DNA of 64,000 nucleotides from an uncultured Actinomycetota bacterium (GTDB lineage: Bacteria; Actinomycetota; Actinomycetes; Mycobacteriales; Jatrophihabitantaceae). The translations under genes were made by a program, and so were the position numbers. This document shows, in pieces, positions 34,417 through 42,286 of the stretch (positions are counted from its first letter, which is position 1; every line of letters begins with the position of its first letter). Location of the stretch: positions 61,960 to 125,959 of the forward strand of contig CAVZYJ010000014.1 in NCBI GenBank assembly GCA_963779485.1. Direction: 5' to 3'. Under the pieces are notes generated by a model. That model was not told the DNA's origin. It did no database searches and saw only the letters and a program-made list of their open reading frames with translations.

Positions 34417-37275
34417 GTGGTGGGCGCTCTCGCGCCATCGTGGTCGATACGCGGGCGGGCGGCGGAGCTCGCCGTCCTGCGGGACGCACTGGACCGGGTC
34501 GAATCGGGCCGGCTGGCGATGGTGCTCCTCGAAGGTGAGGCCGGGATCGGCAAGACCCGGCTGCTCGACCATGCGTTGCAGGACGCCAAGGGCCGCGGGC
34601 TGCAGGTGCTGGCGGGCCGGGCTGGAGAGCTGGAGCGAACGCGCCCGTTCGGCGTGGTGGCCGGGATCTTCGGCTGTGTTCGATCGTCGGCGGATCCGCG
34701 GCGGGCTGCGATTGCGCACTTGCTCGCCCCGGCTGGCAACGGCGGGCGTGATCCGATCACGGTCACCAGCGATCCCGGACTGCGATTTCGGGTGGTGGAT
34801 GCGTTCGCGGACCTCGCCGAAGAGCTGGCCTTAGCCGGCCCGCTGGTGATCGGCGTGGACGACCTGCAGTGGGCCGATCCGTCCAGCCTGGTCACGATCG
34901 GCGCGGTCAGCCGACGGTTGGCGGATCTGCCGGTGGGCTTCGTCGGGTGTCTGCGGCCGTCGCCCCGTGGTCCTGAATTGGACCGGCTCACCGAGGGCTT
35001 GGAGGCGGCCGGCGTCATGCGCCTGGTATTGCCCGGGCTGACTGACGAGGCGGTATCGGAGCTGGTGGCCGATGCCGTGGCCGCATCGCCCGGTCCGGGA
35101 CTGCTGGCCGAGATGTCCGGCGCTGCGGGCAACCCATTGTTCGTCACCGAGTTGCTGGGAGCGCTCGCCCAAGAGGGCGCGATCACGACCGACGGCGAAC
35201 GGGTCGAGGTCTTGACGATGGACTTGCCGCCCACGTTGCGGCTGACAATTCTGCGCCGCATCAGCTTCCTGCCCGACGACACGCTGCAGCTACTGCGGGC
35301 CGCGTCGATCCTTGGATCGAGTTTCCGCCTTACCGATCTTGCGACCGTGACCGGCCGCTCGGCCCTGGAGCTGTCGGTGGCGCTCGCCGAGGCGATCCGG
35401 ACGCGGGTGCTCGAAGACGACGGCGCCGAGTTGCAGTTCCGCCACGACCTGATTCGGGACGCCATATACGGCGATCTTCCCGGTAGCGTCCGCCGGGCGC
35501 TGCACCGCGAGGCCGGCCAGCGGCTCGCCCGATCCGGGGCCACGGCGTCCCAGGTGGCCGAGCACCTCGACCGCGGAGCGAGCCGCGGCGATGTCGACGC
35601 CATCGCCTGGCTGACCACGGCGGCGCGGCAAGCCGCGCCGACCTCGCCCGATGTCGCAGCCGACCTGTTCGACCGCGCGCTCGGATTGATGACGCCAACC
35701 GATGTCACCCGCGACTTGCTCATGGTGGAGCGAGCCAGCAGCCTTATGTGGGCTGGCCAGATCTCGGCCGCCATGCAGATATGCAGCGCCGTTCTGGCCC
35801 GCGACCATGACCCGCGCGCAACCGGTCCCGCGCACGTCTGCCTCGGGCACGCCCTGCTCGTGAGCGGCCGGCCGGCCGACGGCCTGCGCGAGCTGGAAGG
35901 CGCGGGCGAGGCACCCGCCTTCACCGAGGCTGACCGCGCCCGCGCACTGGCCTGGGCGAGCATTGCCTATCGCTGGATGGGCGATCTGGACGAATCGGCG
36001 ATCACCGCCGAGAAGGCCCGATCGGCCGCCGAGGCCACGGGCGACGATCAGTCCGCGGCGATCGCACGGACGTCCCTGGCCACGGTCTCCGAACTTCGGG
36101 GCCGGCTCACAGACGCGCTCGAGGCCATGGACGAGGCGGTGCGGATCGCCGACCAGACCCCGAGCCGCGACGGGCATCGCTATCCTCTCCACGCCCATCG
36201 CGGACACATCCTGACCGAGCTCGATCGGCTGGATGAGGCCAGGTCGGCCCTCGATACGGGTCGGCGGATCAGCGATGACCTTGGCCGGGGCTGGCACTTG
36301 CCCAGCTATCAGATGGTGCGGACCGCCGAACGGTTCGTCGCCGGCGAATGGGACGACGCGATCACGGAAGTCGAAGCGAGTGTCGATCTCGCGCACGAGA
36401 CCGGCCAGGCCTTCGGGCTGATACTCGATCGCAGTGTGTTGTCGCTCATCAGCCTGCATCGCAACGATCTCAACCGGGCCAAGGCGGCCGCCTCGGCCGC
36501 CGTGGGCCAGCTCGGTGAGACGGGTGCCCACTATCGCGCACAGTGGGCGGCGTGGGCGCGTGCGCTCGTCCTGGAGGCGGAGGGCAAGAGTCCTGAGGCG
36601 CTGCTGACCCTCACCTCGTGTTGGGATCGGTGCGCCGACGCGCGGCTCGCGCTCGAGTACCGGATGCTGGGGCCTGATCTCGTCCGACTGGCCCTGCTGG
36701 CTGGCGACCGTTCGCGGGCGCGCACTGCCGCAGCGGCCGTGGCCGCGCTCGCCGACGACAATCCGGACGTCCCGTCGATTGCCGGCGCTGCGCTGCGCTG
36801 CCAGGGACTGGCCGAGGATGACCCGGAGATGCTGTGTGCCGCTGTCGCGGCCTATTCCGTGGGCGCGCGACCATTCGAGCTGGCCCAGGCCTGTGAAGAT
36901 GCCGGCACCGCGCTCGCGCGGCGCGGGGACGCGGGCCAGGCGCGCGTATTCCTCGACCGGGCCGTCGAGATCTGCGAGCGGCTCGACGCCGCGCGTGACC
37001 TGGGTCGCGTAGAAGCGACGCTGCGAGGCATGGGTGTTCGACGTGGTCGTCGCGGACCGCGCCGCCGGCCCCAGACCGGGTGGGCCAGCCTCACGCCGAC
37101 CGAGCACGCGATCGCGGACCTCGTGGCCGAAGGACTCTCCAATCCCCAGATCGGCGACCGCCTCTATATCTCGCGCCGCACCGTGCAGACCCATCTCGCC
37201 CACGTTTTCATCAAGCTCGACATCACCACCCGCGCCCAGCTCGCCGCCGACGTCACGCAGCGTCGGGCCGACTAA
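34417..37275 (+). CDS. Large AAA+ ATPase / TPR-like / LuxR-HTH transcriptional regulator (LAL-type), 952 aa
   Basis: N-terminal P-loop LLEGEAGIGKTRLL and DDLQWADPSSL. A long helical repeat region follows. C-terminal LTPTEHAIADLVAEGLSNPQIGDRLYISRRTVQTHLAHVFIKLDITTRAQL (LuxR/GerE HTH). Confidence 0.9.
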   Translation: MVGALAPSWSIRGRAAELAVLRDALDRVESGRLAMVLLEGEAGIGKTRLLDHALQDAKGRGLQVLAGRAGELERTRPFGVVAGIFGCVRSSADPRRAAIAHLLAPAGNGGRDPITVTSDPGLRFRVVDAFADLAEELALAGPLVIGVDDLQWADPSSLVTIGAVSRRLADLPVGFVGCLRPSPRGPELDRLTEGLEAAGVMRLVLPGLTDEAVSELVADAVAASPGPGLLAEMSGAAGNPLFVTELLGALAQEGAITTDGERVEVLTMDLPPTLRLTILRRISFLPDDTLQLLRAASILGSSFRLTDLATVTGRSALELSVALAEAIRTRVLEDDGAELQFRHDLIRDAIYGDLPGSVRRALHREAGQRLARSGATASQVAEHLDRGASRGDVDAIAWLTTAARQAAPTSPDVAADLFDRALGLMTPTDVTRDLLMVERASSLMWAGQISAAMQICSAVLARDHDPRATGPAHVCLGHALLVSGRPADGLRELEGAGEAPAFTEADRARALAWASIAYRWMGDLDESAITAEKARSAAEATGDDQSAAIARTSLATVSELRGRLTDALEAMDEAVRIADQTPSRDGHRYPLHAHRGHILTELDRLDEARSALDTGRRISDDLGRGWHLPSYQMVRTAERFVAGEWDDAITEVEASVDLAHETGQAFGLILDRSVLSLISLHRNDLNRAKAAASAAVGQLGETGAHYRAQWAAWARALVLEAEGKSPEALLTLTSCWDRCADARLALEYRMLGPDLVRLALLAGDRSRARTAAAAVAALADDNPDVPSIAGAALRCQGLAEDDPEMLCAAVAAYSVGARPFELAQACEDAGTALARRGDAGQARVFLDRAVEICERLDAARDLGRVEATLRGMGVRRGRRGPRRRPQTGWASLTPTEHAIADLVAEGLSNPQIGDRLYISRRTVQTHLAHVFIKLDITTRAQLAADVTQRRAD

Positions 37276-37299
37276 CCCTCGGGTCGCCCAATCCCGCAT

Positions 37300-37317
37300 A
37301 TCCGCCAGCTGGCGGAT
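37300..37317. promoter_or_regulatory. Perfect 18-bp palindrome ATCCGCCAGCTGGCGGAT (copy 3 of 4)
   Basis: 25 nt after the LuxR stop. Preceded by AACCCTCGGGTC, as copy 2 is, which indicates paralogous DNA. Confidence 0.6.
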
Positions 37318-37431
37318 GTCTCGTTCGGGACGCTTGGCGCACGCTGCACTGGCCGACGAAGCGTCGTTGCAGCTTTCGCGCCGGAAGTCCACTGCTAGAG
37401 GGAAAGGCCTAGCCACGAGGGCACAGGCCAA

Positions 37432-37449
37432 ATCGGCCAGTTGGCCGAT
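37432..37449. promoter_or_regulatory. Near-perfect 18-bp palindrome ATCGGCCAGTTGGCCGAT (copy 4 of 4), upstream of whiB7-like gene
   Basis: One central mismatch. Followed by GTCTTGG, as copy 2 is followed by GTCTTCG. It lies 37 nt before the uORF ATG and 60 nt before GTG 37509. Confidence 0.6.
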
Positions 37450-37485
37450 GTCTTGGGCAGGAGGAAATCCGACCCTGGAAGGAGC

Positions 37486-37512
37486 ATGCGCGTCAGAGAT
37501 GAACGAAGGTGA
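37486..37512 (+). other. Possible 8-codon upstream ORF (MRVRDERR*) overlapping the first candidate start of the whiB7-like gene
   Basis: GGAAGGAG lies 3 nt upstream of ATG 37486, which is tight spacing. Its TGA (37510-37512) overlaps GTG 37509. Speculative. Confidence 0.3.
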
Positions 37513-37841
37513 TCCGCGTCGTGTCCCGCCCGACAATCCAGCCATCGGTGGCCAACGTACTGGCCTTGCTCAGAACGGCGATCGGACCGATCCCGCCGCG
37601 AAGTTTGGTGGATCTGCCCTGCTGGTCCCACGATCCGGACCTGTGGTTCGCCGGCCCGCCCGCGGAGTTGGAGCGAGCCAAGAGGTTGTGTGCCGACTGC
37701 CCGGTTCGTCGCGCTTGTCTGGCCGGGGCGATCAGCCGCCGGGAGCCGTGGGGCGTCTGGGGTGGCGAGATCTTCGACCAGGGCCACATCATCCCCCGCA
37801 AGCGCCCGCGCGGGCGGCCACGCAAGGCTGAGGCCGCCTGA
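37509..37841 (+). CDS. whiB7: WhiB7-type WhiB-like (Wbl) Fe-S transcription factor with C-terminal AT-hook
   Basis: PCWSHDPDLWFA...AKRLCADCPVRRACL (the four Cys of Wbl proteins), EPWGVWGGEIF turn motif, and C-terminal RKRPRGRPRK AT-hook, which is diagnostic of the WhiB7 subclass. Close match to my memory of M. tuberculosis WhiB7 (...EPWGVWGGEIFDQGSIVSHKRPRGRPRK). Alternative GTG starts at 37521 and 37548. Confidence 0.9.
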   Translation: MIRVVSRPTIQPSVANVLALLRTAIGPIPPRSLVDLPCWSHDPDLWFAGPPAELERAKRLCADCPVRRACLAGAISRREPWGVWGGEIFDQGHIIPRKRPRGRPRKAEAA

Positions 37842-37849
37842 GTGGGGAG

Positions 37850-38377
37850 CTAGGGTGCGCCTGCGGCGCTGTCCGAACAGCACGGGTCGTGGTAGCCCGC
37901 CAGCCGCAGCAGCAGCGCGTGGAGTGTGGCGCGGCTGTGGGCGTCGAGCGGTGCGAACAGCTCGTCCTCTAGTCGGTTGATCCTCGTCCGCAGGCGAACG
38001 AGCTGCCGCCGACCCGGGGGCGTCAGGCTCACGACGTGACGGCGCCGATCCTCCGGATCCCGGTGCCGCTCGATCAGCCCGCGCTCTTCCAGCCCGTCCA
38101 GGATTCCGACGAGCTGGCTGCGGTCGATGACCAGCGCGTCCGCGATGGTCGCCTGGGTTCTGCGCGCCTTCTCGCCGAGGAGCGCCAGCACGCTGTAGTG
38201 GTACTGGCTGAAACCGGCTTCTTCCAACGCCGCGAGTGCTCGGGATCGGAACTCCTGGCCCAGTCGCACCATGAGGAATCCGCTCTTCTCGAGCAGCTCT
38301 TTCGGCAACCGCAGCGGTTCGGCCTCGTCCTCGGCGTCCAGCGCTCCGCCGTCCCGCGCAACTGTGACCACTGCCAC
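37850..38377 (-). CDS. MarR family transcriptional regulator
   Basis: 175 aa. [36 protein letters not shown]...[49 protein letters not shown] is a winged-helix MarR signature. Confidence 0.9.
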   Translation of the reverse strand: MAVVTVARDGGALDAEDEAEPLRLPKELLEKSGFLMVRLGQEFRSRALAALEEAGFSQYHYSVLALLGEKARRTQATIADALVIDRSQLVGILDGLEERGLIERHRDPEDRRRHVVSLTPPGRRQLVRLRTRINRLEDELFAPLDAHSRATLHALLLRLAGYHDPCCSDSAAGAP

Positions 38378-38450
38378 AGAATAACTGTATCAAGCTCCAG
38401 CGTTGAGCCATCTGATAGTGGAATTGGTCCATCATCTCGAGGAGAAACGA

Positions 38451-39950
38451 ATGACTCGGGCAATGTTGCCAGAGCGTGAAGACCACGCCGATCCCAGCAG
38501 TCGCAGGCGCTGGCTTGCGCTCGCGGTAATCGTCGCCGCACAGTTCATGGTCGTACTCGACGTCGCGATCGTTAACGTGGCGTTACCGTCCATCAAGACC
38601 GATCTCGGCTTCTCCCAGGAGAGCCTGCAGTGGGTCATCACCGCCTATGCGATCTTCTTCGGCGGTGTCCTGTTGCTGGGTGGCCGGCTCGCCGATCTGC
38701 TCGGGCGGCGTCGGATGTTCATGGCCGGCTTGCTGCTGTTCACCGTCAGCTCGCTGCTCGACGGGCTGGCCTGGTCGGAGGGCTCGCTGATCGCCTTCCG
38801 CTCATTGCAGGGCCTCGGGGCCGCGCTCCTATCGCCCGCCGCCCTGTCCATCCTGACGACTACCTTCCGAGAGGGGCGCGAGCGGAACCTCGCGCTCGGC
38901 GTCTGGGGTGCTGCTTCAGGAAGTGGCGGTGCCGCTGGCGTGCTGCTGGGTGGCGCCCTCACGAGCGCCCTGAGCTGGTCCTGGATCTTCTTCATCAACG
39001 TGCCGGCCGGCATCCTGGTACTCGCGGTTAGCCCGTGGCTGCTGAAAGAGAGCCGAGCCGACCTGGCCCACCGGCACTTCGACTTCGCTGGCGCCGCGTC
39101 GATCACCGGCGGCCTCATGCTGCTCGTTTACGCGATGACGCGGGCGGCCGAGCACGGCTGGGCCACGACCAGCACCGTCACACTGCTGGTTGCGTCTGCG
39201 GCGCTGATCGTTGCGTTCTTGGTGATCGAGTCGCGCTCGGCGGCGCCACTGCTGCCGATGCGGATCTTCCGACTGCGGACGCTTACGGCTTCGAACGTCA
39301 GCGGCTTGCTTATGGGCGGCGCGATCTTCTCGCAGTTCTTCCTGCTGACGCTCTACATGCAGCAGGTGCTGCACTACTCGGCGCTGAAGACCGGTGCCGC
39401 CTACATTGCGCTGACCCTGACGATCATCAGCTTCTCCGCGGTTGCGCAGGCCATGGCGACGCGGTTCGGTATTCGCCGGATCCTTCCGCTCGGGCTGGCT
39501 CTCTCTGCCGGTGCGCTGTTCCTCTTCGCCCGGCTTCCGGTCGACGGGCACTACGCCACTGACCTGCTTCCCGCGTTCCTGCTCAGCGGCATCGGGCTGG
39601 CGATGGCGTTCGTCCCGATGTCGATCGGTGGATTGACCGGAGTCCGGCAAGCCGATGCGGGCGTCGCATCCGGTCTGATCAACACCAGTCAGCAGATCGG
39701 CGGAGCGATCGGCGTGGCCGCGGCGACGACGATTGCGACGACGTACACGAGCCACTTCGTCCTCGCGCACCCGGGAACGGCCGCTCTCAGTGGGGCCGCG
39801 CTCACCCACGGCTTCCAGATCGCGTTCTACGTTCTCGCGGCCGTTGCGGTGCTGGGAGCGGTTCTCGCCGCAGTGCTCGTCGAGTCGAAGCCCGAGGAAC
39901 TCGAGGTCGCTCTCGAGGACGGGAACCTCGCGCTGGAGCCCGTAGGCTGA
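38451..39950 (+). CDS. MFS transporter, DHA2 (EmrB/QacA, 14-TMS) drug:H+ antiporter family
   Basis: LALAVIVAAQFMVVLDVAIVNVALPSIKTDLGFSQESLQWVITAYAIFFGGVLLLGGRLADLLGRRRMF is a DHA2 signature. GAGGAG lies 7 nt upstream of ATG 38451. Divergent from marR. Confidence 0.9.
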   Translation: MTRAMLPEREDHADPSSRRRWLALAVIVAAQFMVVLDVAIVNVALPSIKTDLGFSQESLQWVITAYAIFFGGVLLLGGRLADLLGRRRMFMAGLLLFTVSSLLDGLAWSEGSLIAFRSLQGLGAALLSPAALSILTTTFREGRERNLALGVWGAASGSGGAAGVLLGGALTSALSWSWIFFINVPAGILVLAVSPWLLKESRADLAHRHFDFAGAASITGGLMLLVYAMTRAAEHGWATTSTVTLLVASAALIVAFLVIESRSAAPLLPMRIFRLRTLTASNVSGLLMGGAIFSQFFLLTLYMQQVLHYSALKTGAAYIALTLTIISFSAVAQAMATRFGIRRILPLGLALSAGALFLFARLPVDGHYATDLLPAFLLSGIGLAMAFVPMSIGGLTGVRQADAGVASGLINTSQQIGGAIGVAAATTIATTYTSHFVLAHPGTAALSGAALTHGFQIAFYVLAAVAVLGAVLAAVLVESKPEELEVALEDGNLALEPVG

Positions 39951-39970
39951 CGCCGCTTTTCACGATCAGT

Positions 39971-40006
39971 ATGCAGATTCCGTCGCTCATGCGACGGAAT
40001 CTGCAT
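39971..40006 (+). terminator. Perfect 16-bp-stem hairpin ATGCAGATTCCGTCGC-TCAT-GCGACGGAATCTGCAT after the MFS gene
   Basis: Stem 39971-39986 pairs with 39991-40006, with a 4-nt loop. It starts 21 nt after the stop. There is no U tract, which is common for actinobacterial terminators. Confidence 0.55.
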
Positions 40007-40076
40007 ATGTGTCAAGGAGGCAACAGCGTCGCGTCCCACGCACCCACGTGACCTCTGAGACGCCTGGGCACCGCAC

Positions 40077-40800
40077 ATGCGCATGGGGATGGAGGAGGTT
40101 GGAGTCAAGGCCTGCCACCAGGTCGGCATCCTGGACCGTCTGCTGGACTCCGCCCCGCTCTTCCTGACCGGTAACACCGACACCGTCTACGTGTCGGGCA
40201 TTCTCGACCTCGAACGAGACGGTCCTACCATCGTGGAGATCCCGCCTGGTTGCGGCCCGACCACGGTCAACGACGCGTGGTTCCGGTTCATCACCGACAT
40301 GGGCAGGCCGGGTCTCGACCGTGGTGATGGAGGCAAGTACCTCATTGTCCGAGAAGGAGTTCACACGATCCACGAGAACGACGTCTCGTTCTTTGACGAG
40401 CTCGACGCGGTTCTTCAACGTGAGTCACTCGGCGTGATCGACCCCGAGATCCGTGGGCTGCTCGCCCTCCATCGGGATCAACAAGGGCACCCTGTTCGCG
40501 CCTGACGACCGCATGCGCGCACTGCTCACCGAGGCGGCGGCGGTGGCGGTGGCGAACGGTGCGGCGCGGGCCATCTCGTTCAAGTCCCGCGACCCCAAGG
40601 CGTACCTCTACCCGAACCGTCGCAGGCAGACCGGGTTCATCGGCACGACTACCGGTGGCTCCGCGATGACGGGGCGGCCGGCCGCAACCTCGACGCCCGG
40701 ACGATGCTCTTCTACATCGCGACCGTGAACACTCCGGCTCGACATCGCAGAGGCAGGCCAGGCCCACTCGGCACCCGAATGAGCCCGACGGCCTCATTCG
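40077..40800 (+). pseudogene. Truncated, frameshifted remnant of a DUF1254/DUF1214-type gene (paralogue of 42287..43863)
   Basis: LFLTGNTDTVYVSGILDLERDGPTIVEIPPGCGPTTVNDAWFRFITDMGRPGLDRGDGGKYLIV matches ...LFLTANADTVYFWSFHDLSQGPLVIETPSDT/LGLFDDIWFRWISDFGLPGADRGQGGTYLLV of the neighbour. Later blocks (IGINKGTLFAPDDRMRALLTEAAAVAVANG, YLYPNRR...) are in other frames, and large parts are missing. Confidence 0.7.
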
Positions 40801-40810
40801 GGTGGCGACA

Positions 40811-41772
40811 TCATGTCTTGTTGTCGTAGATTTCGGCGGCGGTGTCGACGGTCAGCCCGGAGCCGAAGTGCGGCCCGCCGCCGACGTTGTAGACCCCGGC
40901 GATTCGCTTCGGGTAGGAGCGGGCGGCGATGATCGCCTCTGACCACGGGTCGAGGTGCGTCAGCAGCTCGTCGAGGTCATCGCCGAGCGCGTCCAGAACG
41001 GGTCGTTCGAGCTCGTCGGCACGCACCTCGACCTCTTCCCGGAACGCTCGACCGGCGTCGGTGAGCTGCTCACCGGCGGTCATCAGCCCGCGACGGGCGA
41101 GCCGCTCGAACCCGGCGTCCATGTCGGCGTCGGTCCAGCCCCGGCTCGGGGTGTAGGCGCGGGCCGGCAGCCCCCACCACTGTTCGGTGAGCAGCAGAAT
41201 CTCCACCGCGTCGGCCCCGCCGACCGCCCAGGAGATGACGTGGCTGTCGCCGCGGTGCTCGCGCAGCAGGTCCGCAGCCCGCCAGAGGTCACCCAGCGGG
41301 TGGCCGGGGGAACCGAGCGAGCGCAGTCCGCCGTAGATCGGGCGGCCCGCCCACGGCGCCGCGTCGGCGCCGCGGAGCAGCAGCTCAGTGACCCGAGCCA
41401 GGCCCGCGGGCTGCTCGCCGAGCACCCGCCGCAGCATCGCGGTGGCGCCCTTCTCCCGAGCGTCGAGAATGCCTCTCGGCCGGCGATCTGCCAACCGGCC
41501 GCGACCGCCGACACCACCACCTTTGGGTTGAAGACACCGAACGCCGCTGCGACGACCTCCCCCGGCACCTGACCAAGGCACGCCCCGCGACTGGTGAAAT
41601 ACGACGTCAACTCCGGGCGGGCAACGCCGCGCGCGTCGGTGGCGGGGCTGCCCGCGAACCCGAGCGCGGCGTAGGCCGCGAGCGCCTCCGGGGCGAAGTA
41701 CACCCCGGCCGCCACCGGCTCCACTGCGTTCCGCAGACGGCGGGCCCGCTCCTGGAAATCGGTCGTCAGCAC
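40811..41772 (-). pseudogene. SCO6745-like conserved hypothetical gene with one frameshift
   Basis: The N-terminal part from GTG 41772 (RBS GAAGGAG) reads VLTTDFQERARRLRNAVEPVAAGVYFAPEALAAYAALGF...AAGWQIA. The C-terminal part ILDAREKGATAMLRRVLGEQPAGLARVTELLL...WWGLPARAYTPSRGW... is in the frame of track ORF 40811..41581. The switch lies within about 41465-41495. Confidence 0.65.
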
Positions 41773-41827
41773 GAGCGATTCTCCTTCAGGTATCGGGGTA
41801 ATCGCCACCGCTGGTGTCGTTGGGAAT

Positions 41828-42235
41828 TTAGTATCCCGCGCGAGCCTCGTCGGCCGGTTGACGGCCGCCGTATACCGCCAAGGCGTAAATGACGAGGATG
41901 CCCATCGCGATGTAGAGCAGAGACCAGACCGGATAGTAGGGCATCCACCAGATGGCGCTGATGGCAATGATGCCGCCGGCAATGATGCCGATCCATCGGC
42001 TGAATTGCGAGCCGCTCAGGACGCCGAAAGAACTACCGATCAGGATGAGGGCGACGATGAAGTACACCCAGCCGTAGGTCGTGAGGCTGTGCCCGAACAA
42101 TGCCCCTTCGAGCCTGTCCGGCACCGCCCCGTCGTAGCGCCAGGCCCATATCGCGTCGAAGAATCGCATTATGCCGGCGATGCCCAGCACCGTCCCGGCG
42201 AAAAACCGCCAACCGCCACCCGCTACTTCCACCAC
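41828..42235 (-). CDS. Small integral membrane protein (4 TM segments, DUF7144/HdeD-like)
   Basis: 135 aa. FFAGTVLGIAGIMRFFDAIWAW...YGWVYFIVALILIGSSFGVLSG...WIGIIAGGIIAISAIWWMPYYPVWSLLYIAMGILVIYALAVYG. Confidence 0.7.
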   Translation of the reverse strand: MVEVAGGGWRFFAGTVLGIAGIMRFFDAIWAWRYDGAVPDRLEGALFGHSLTTYGWVYFIVALILIGSSFGVLSGSQFSRWIGIIAGGIIAISAIWWMPYYPVWSLLYIAMGILVIYALAVYGGRQPADEARAGY

Positions 42236-42286
42236 ACGTCCCCTTCCTCAGATAATGGACAATTCACGAACAGTTCGATGAGCGCG

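Noticed and set aside
34224-37545. Very long minus-strand ORFs (34224..35963, 579 aa; 35290..37545, 751 aa) antisense to the LuxR regulator
   Set aside because: They are Arg/Ala/Ser/Pro-rich and low in complexity, with no recognisable motifs, and they are fully antisense to a gene with clear P-loop and HTH signatures. This is the typical stop-poor shadow ORF of high-G+C DNA. The same reasoning applies to 619..1821(+) and 1807..3249(-) over lepA and the LtrA-like gene, 8985..9827(-), 10467..11534(-), 26086..27102(-), 28721..29749(+), 29230..30501(+), 37395..38486(-), 38916..39809(-), 43902..45044(+), 48780..49832(+), 51467..52837(+) and 61113..62330(+).
38378-38450. MarR operator in the 73-bp marR/MFS divergent region (ACAGAATAACTGT; CCATCTGATAGTGG)
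   Set aside because: Only short, imperfect dyads are present (4-5-bp arms). This is plausible for a MarR box but is not distinguishable from chance without binding data.
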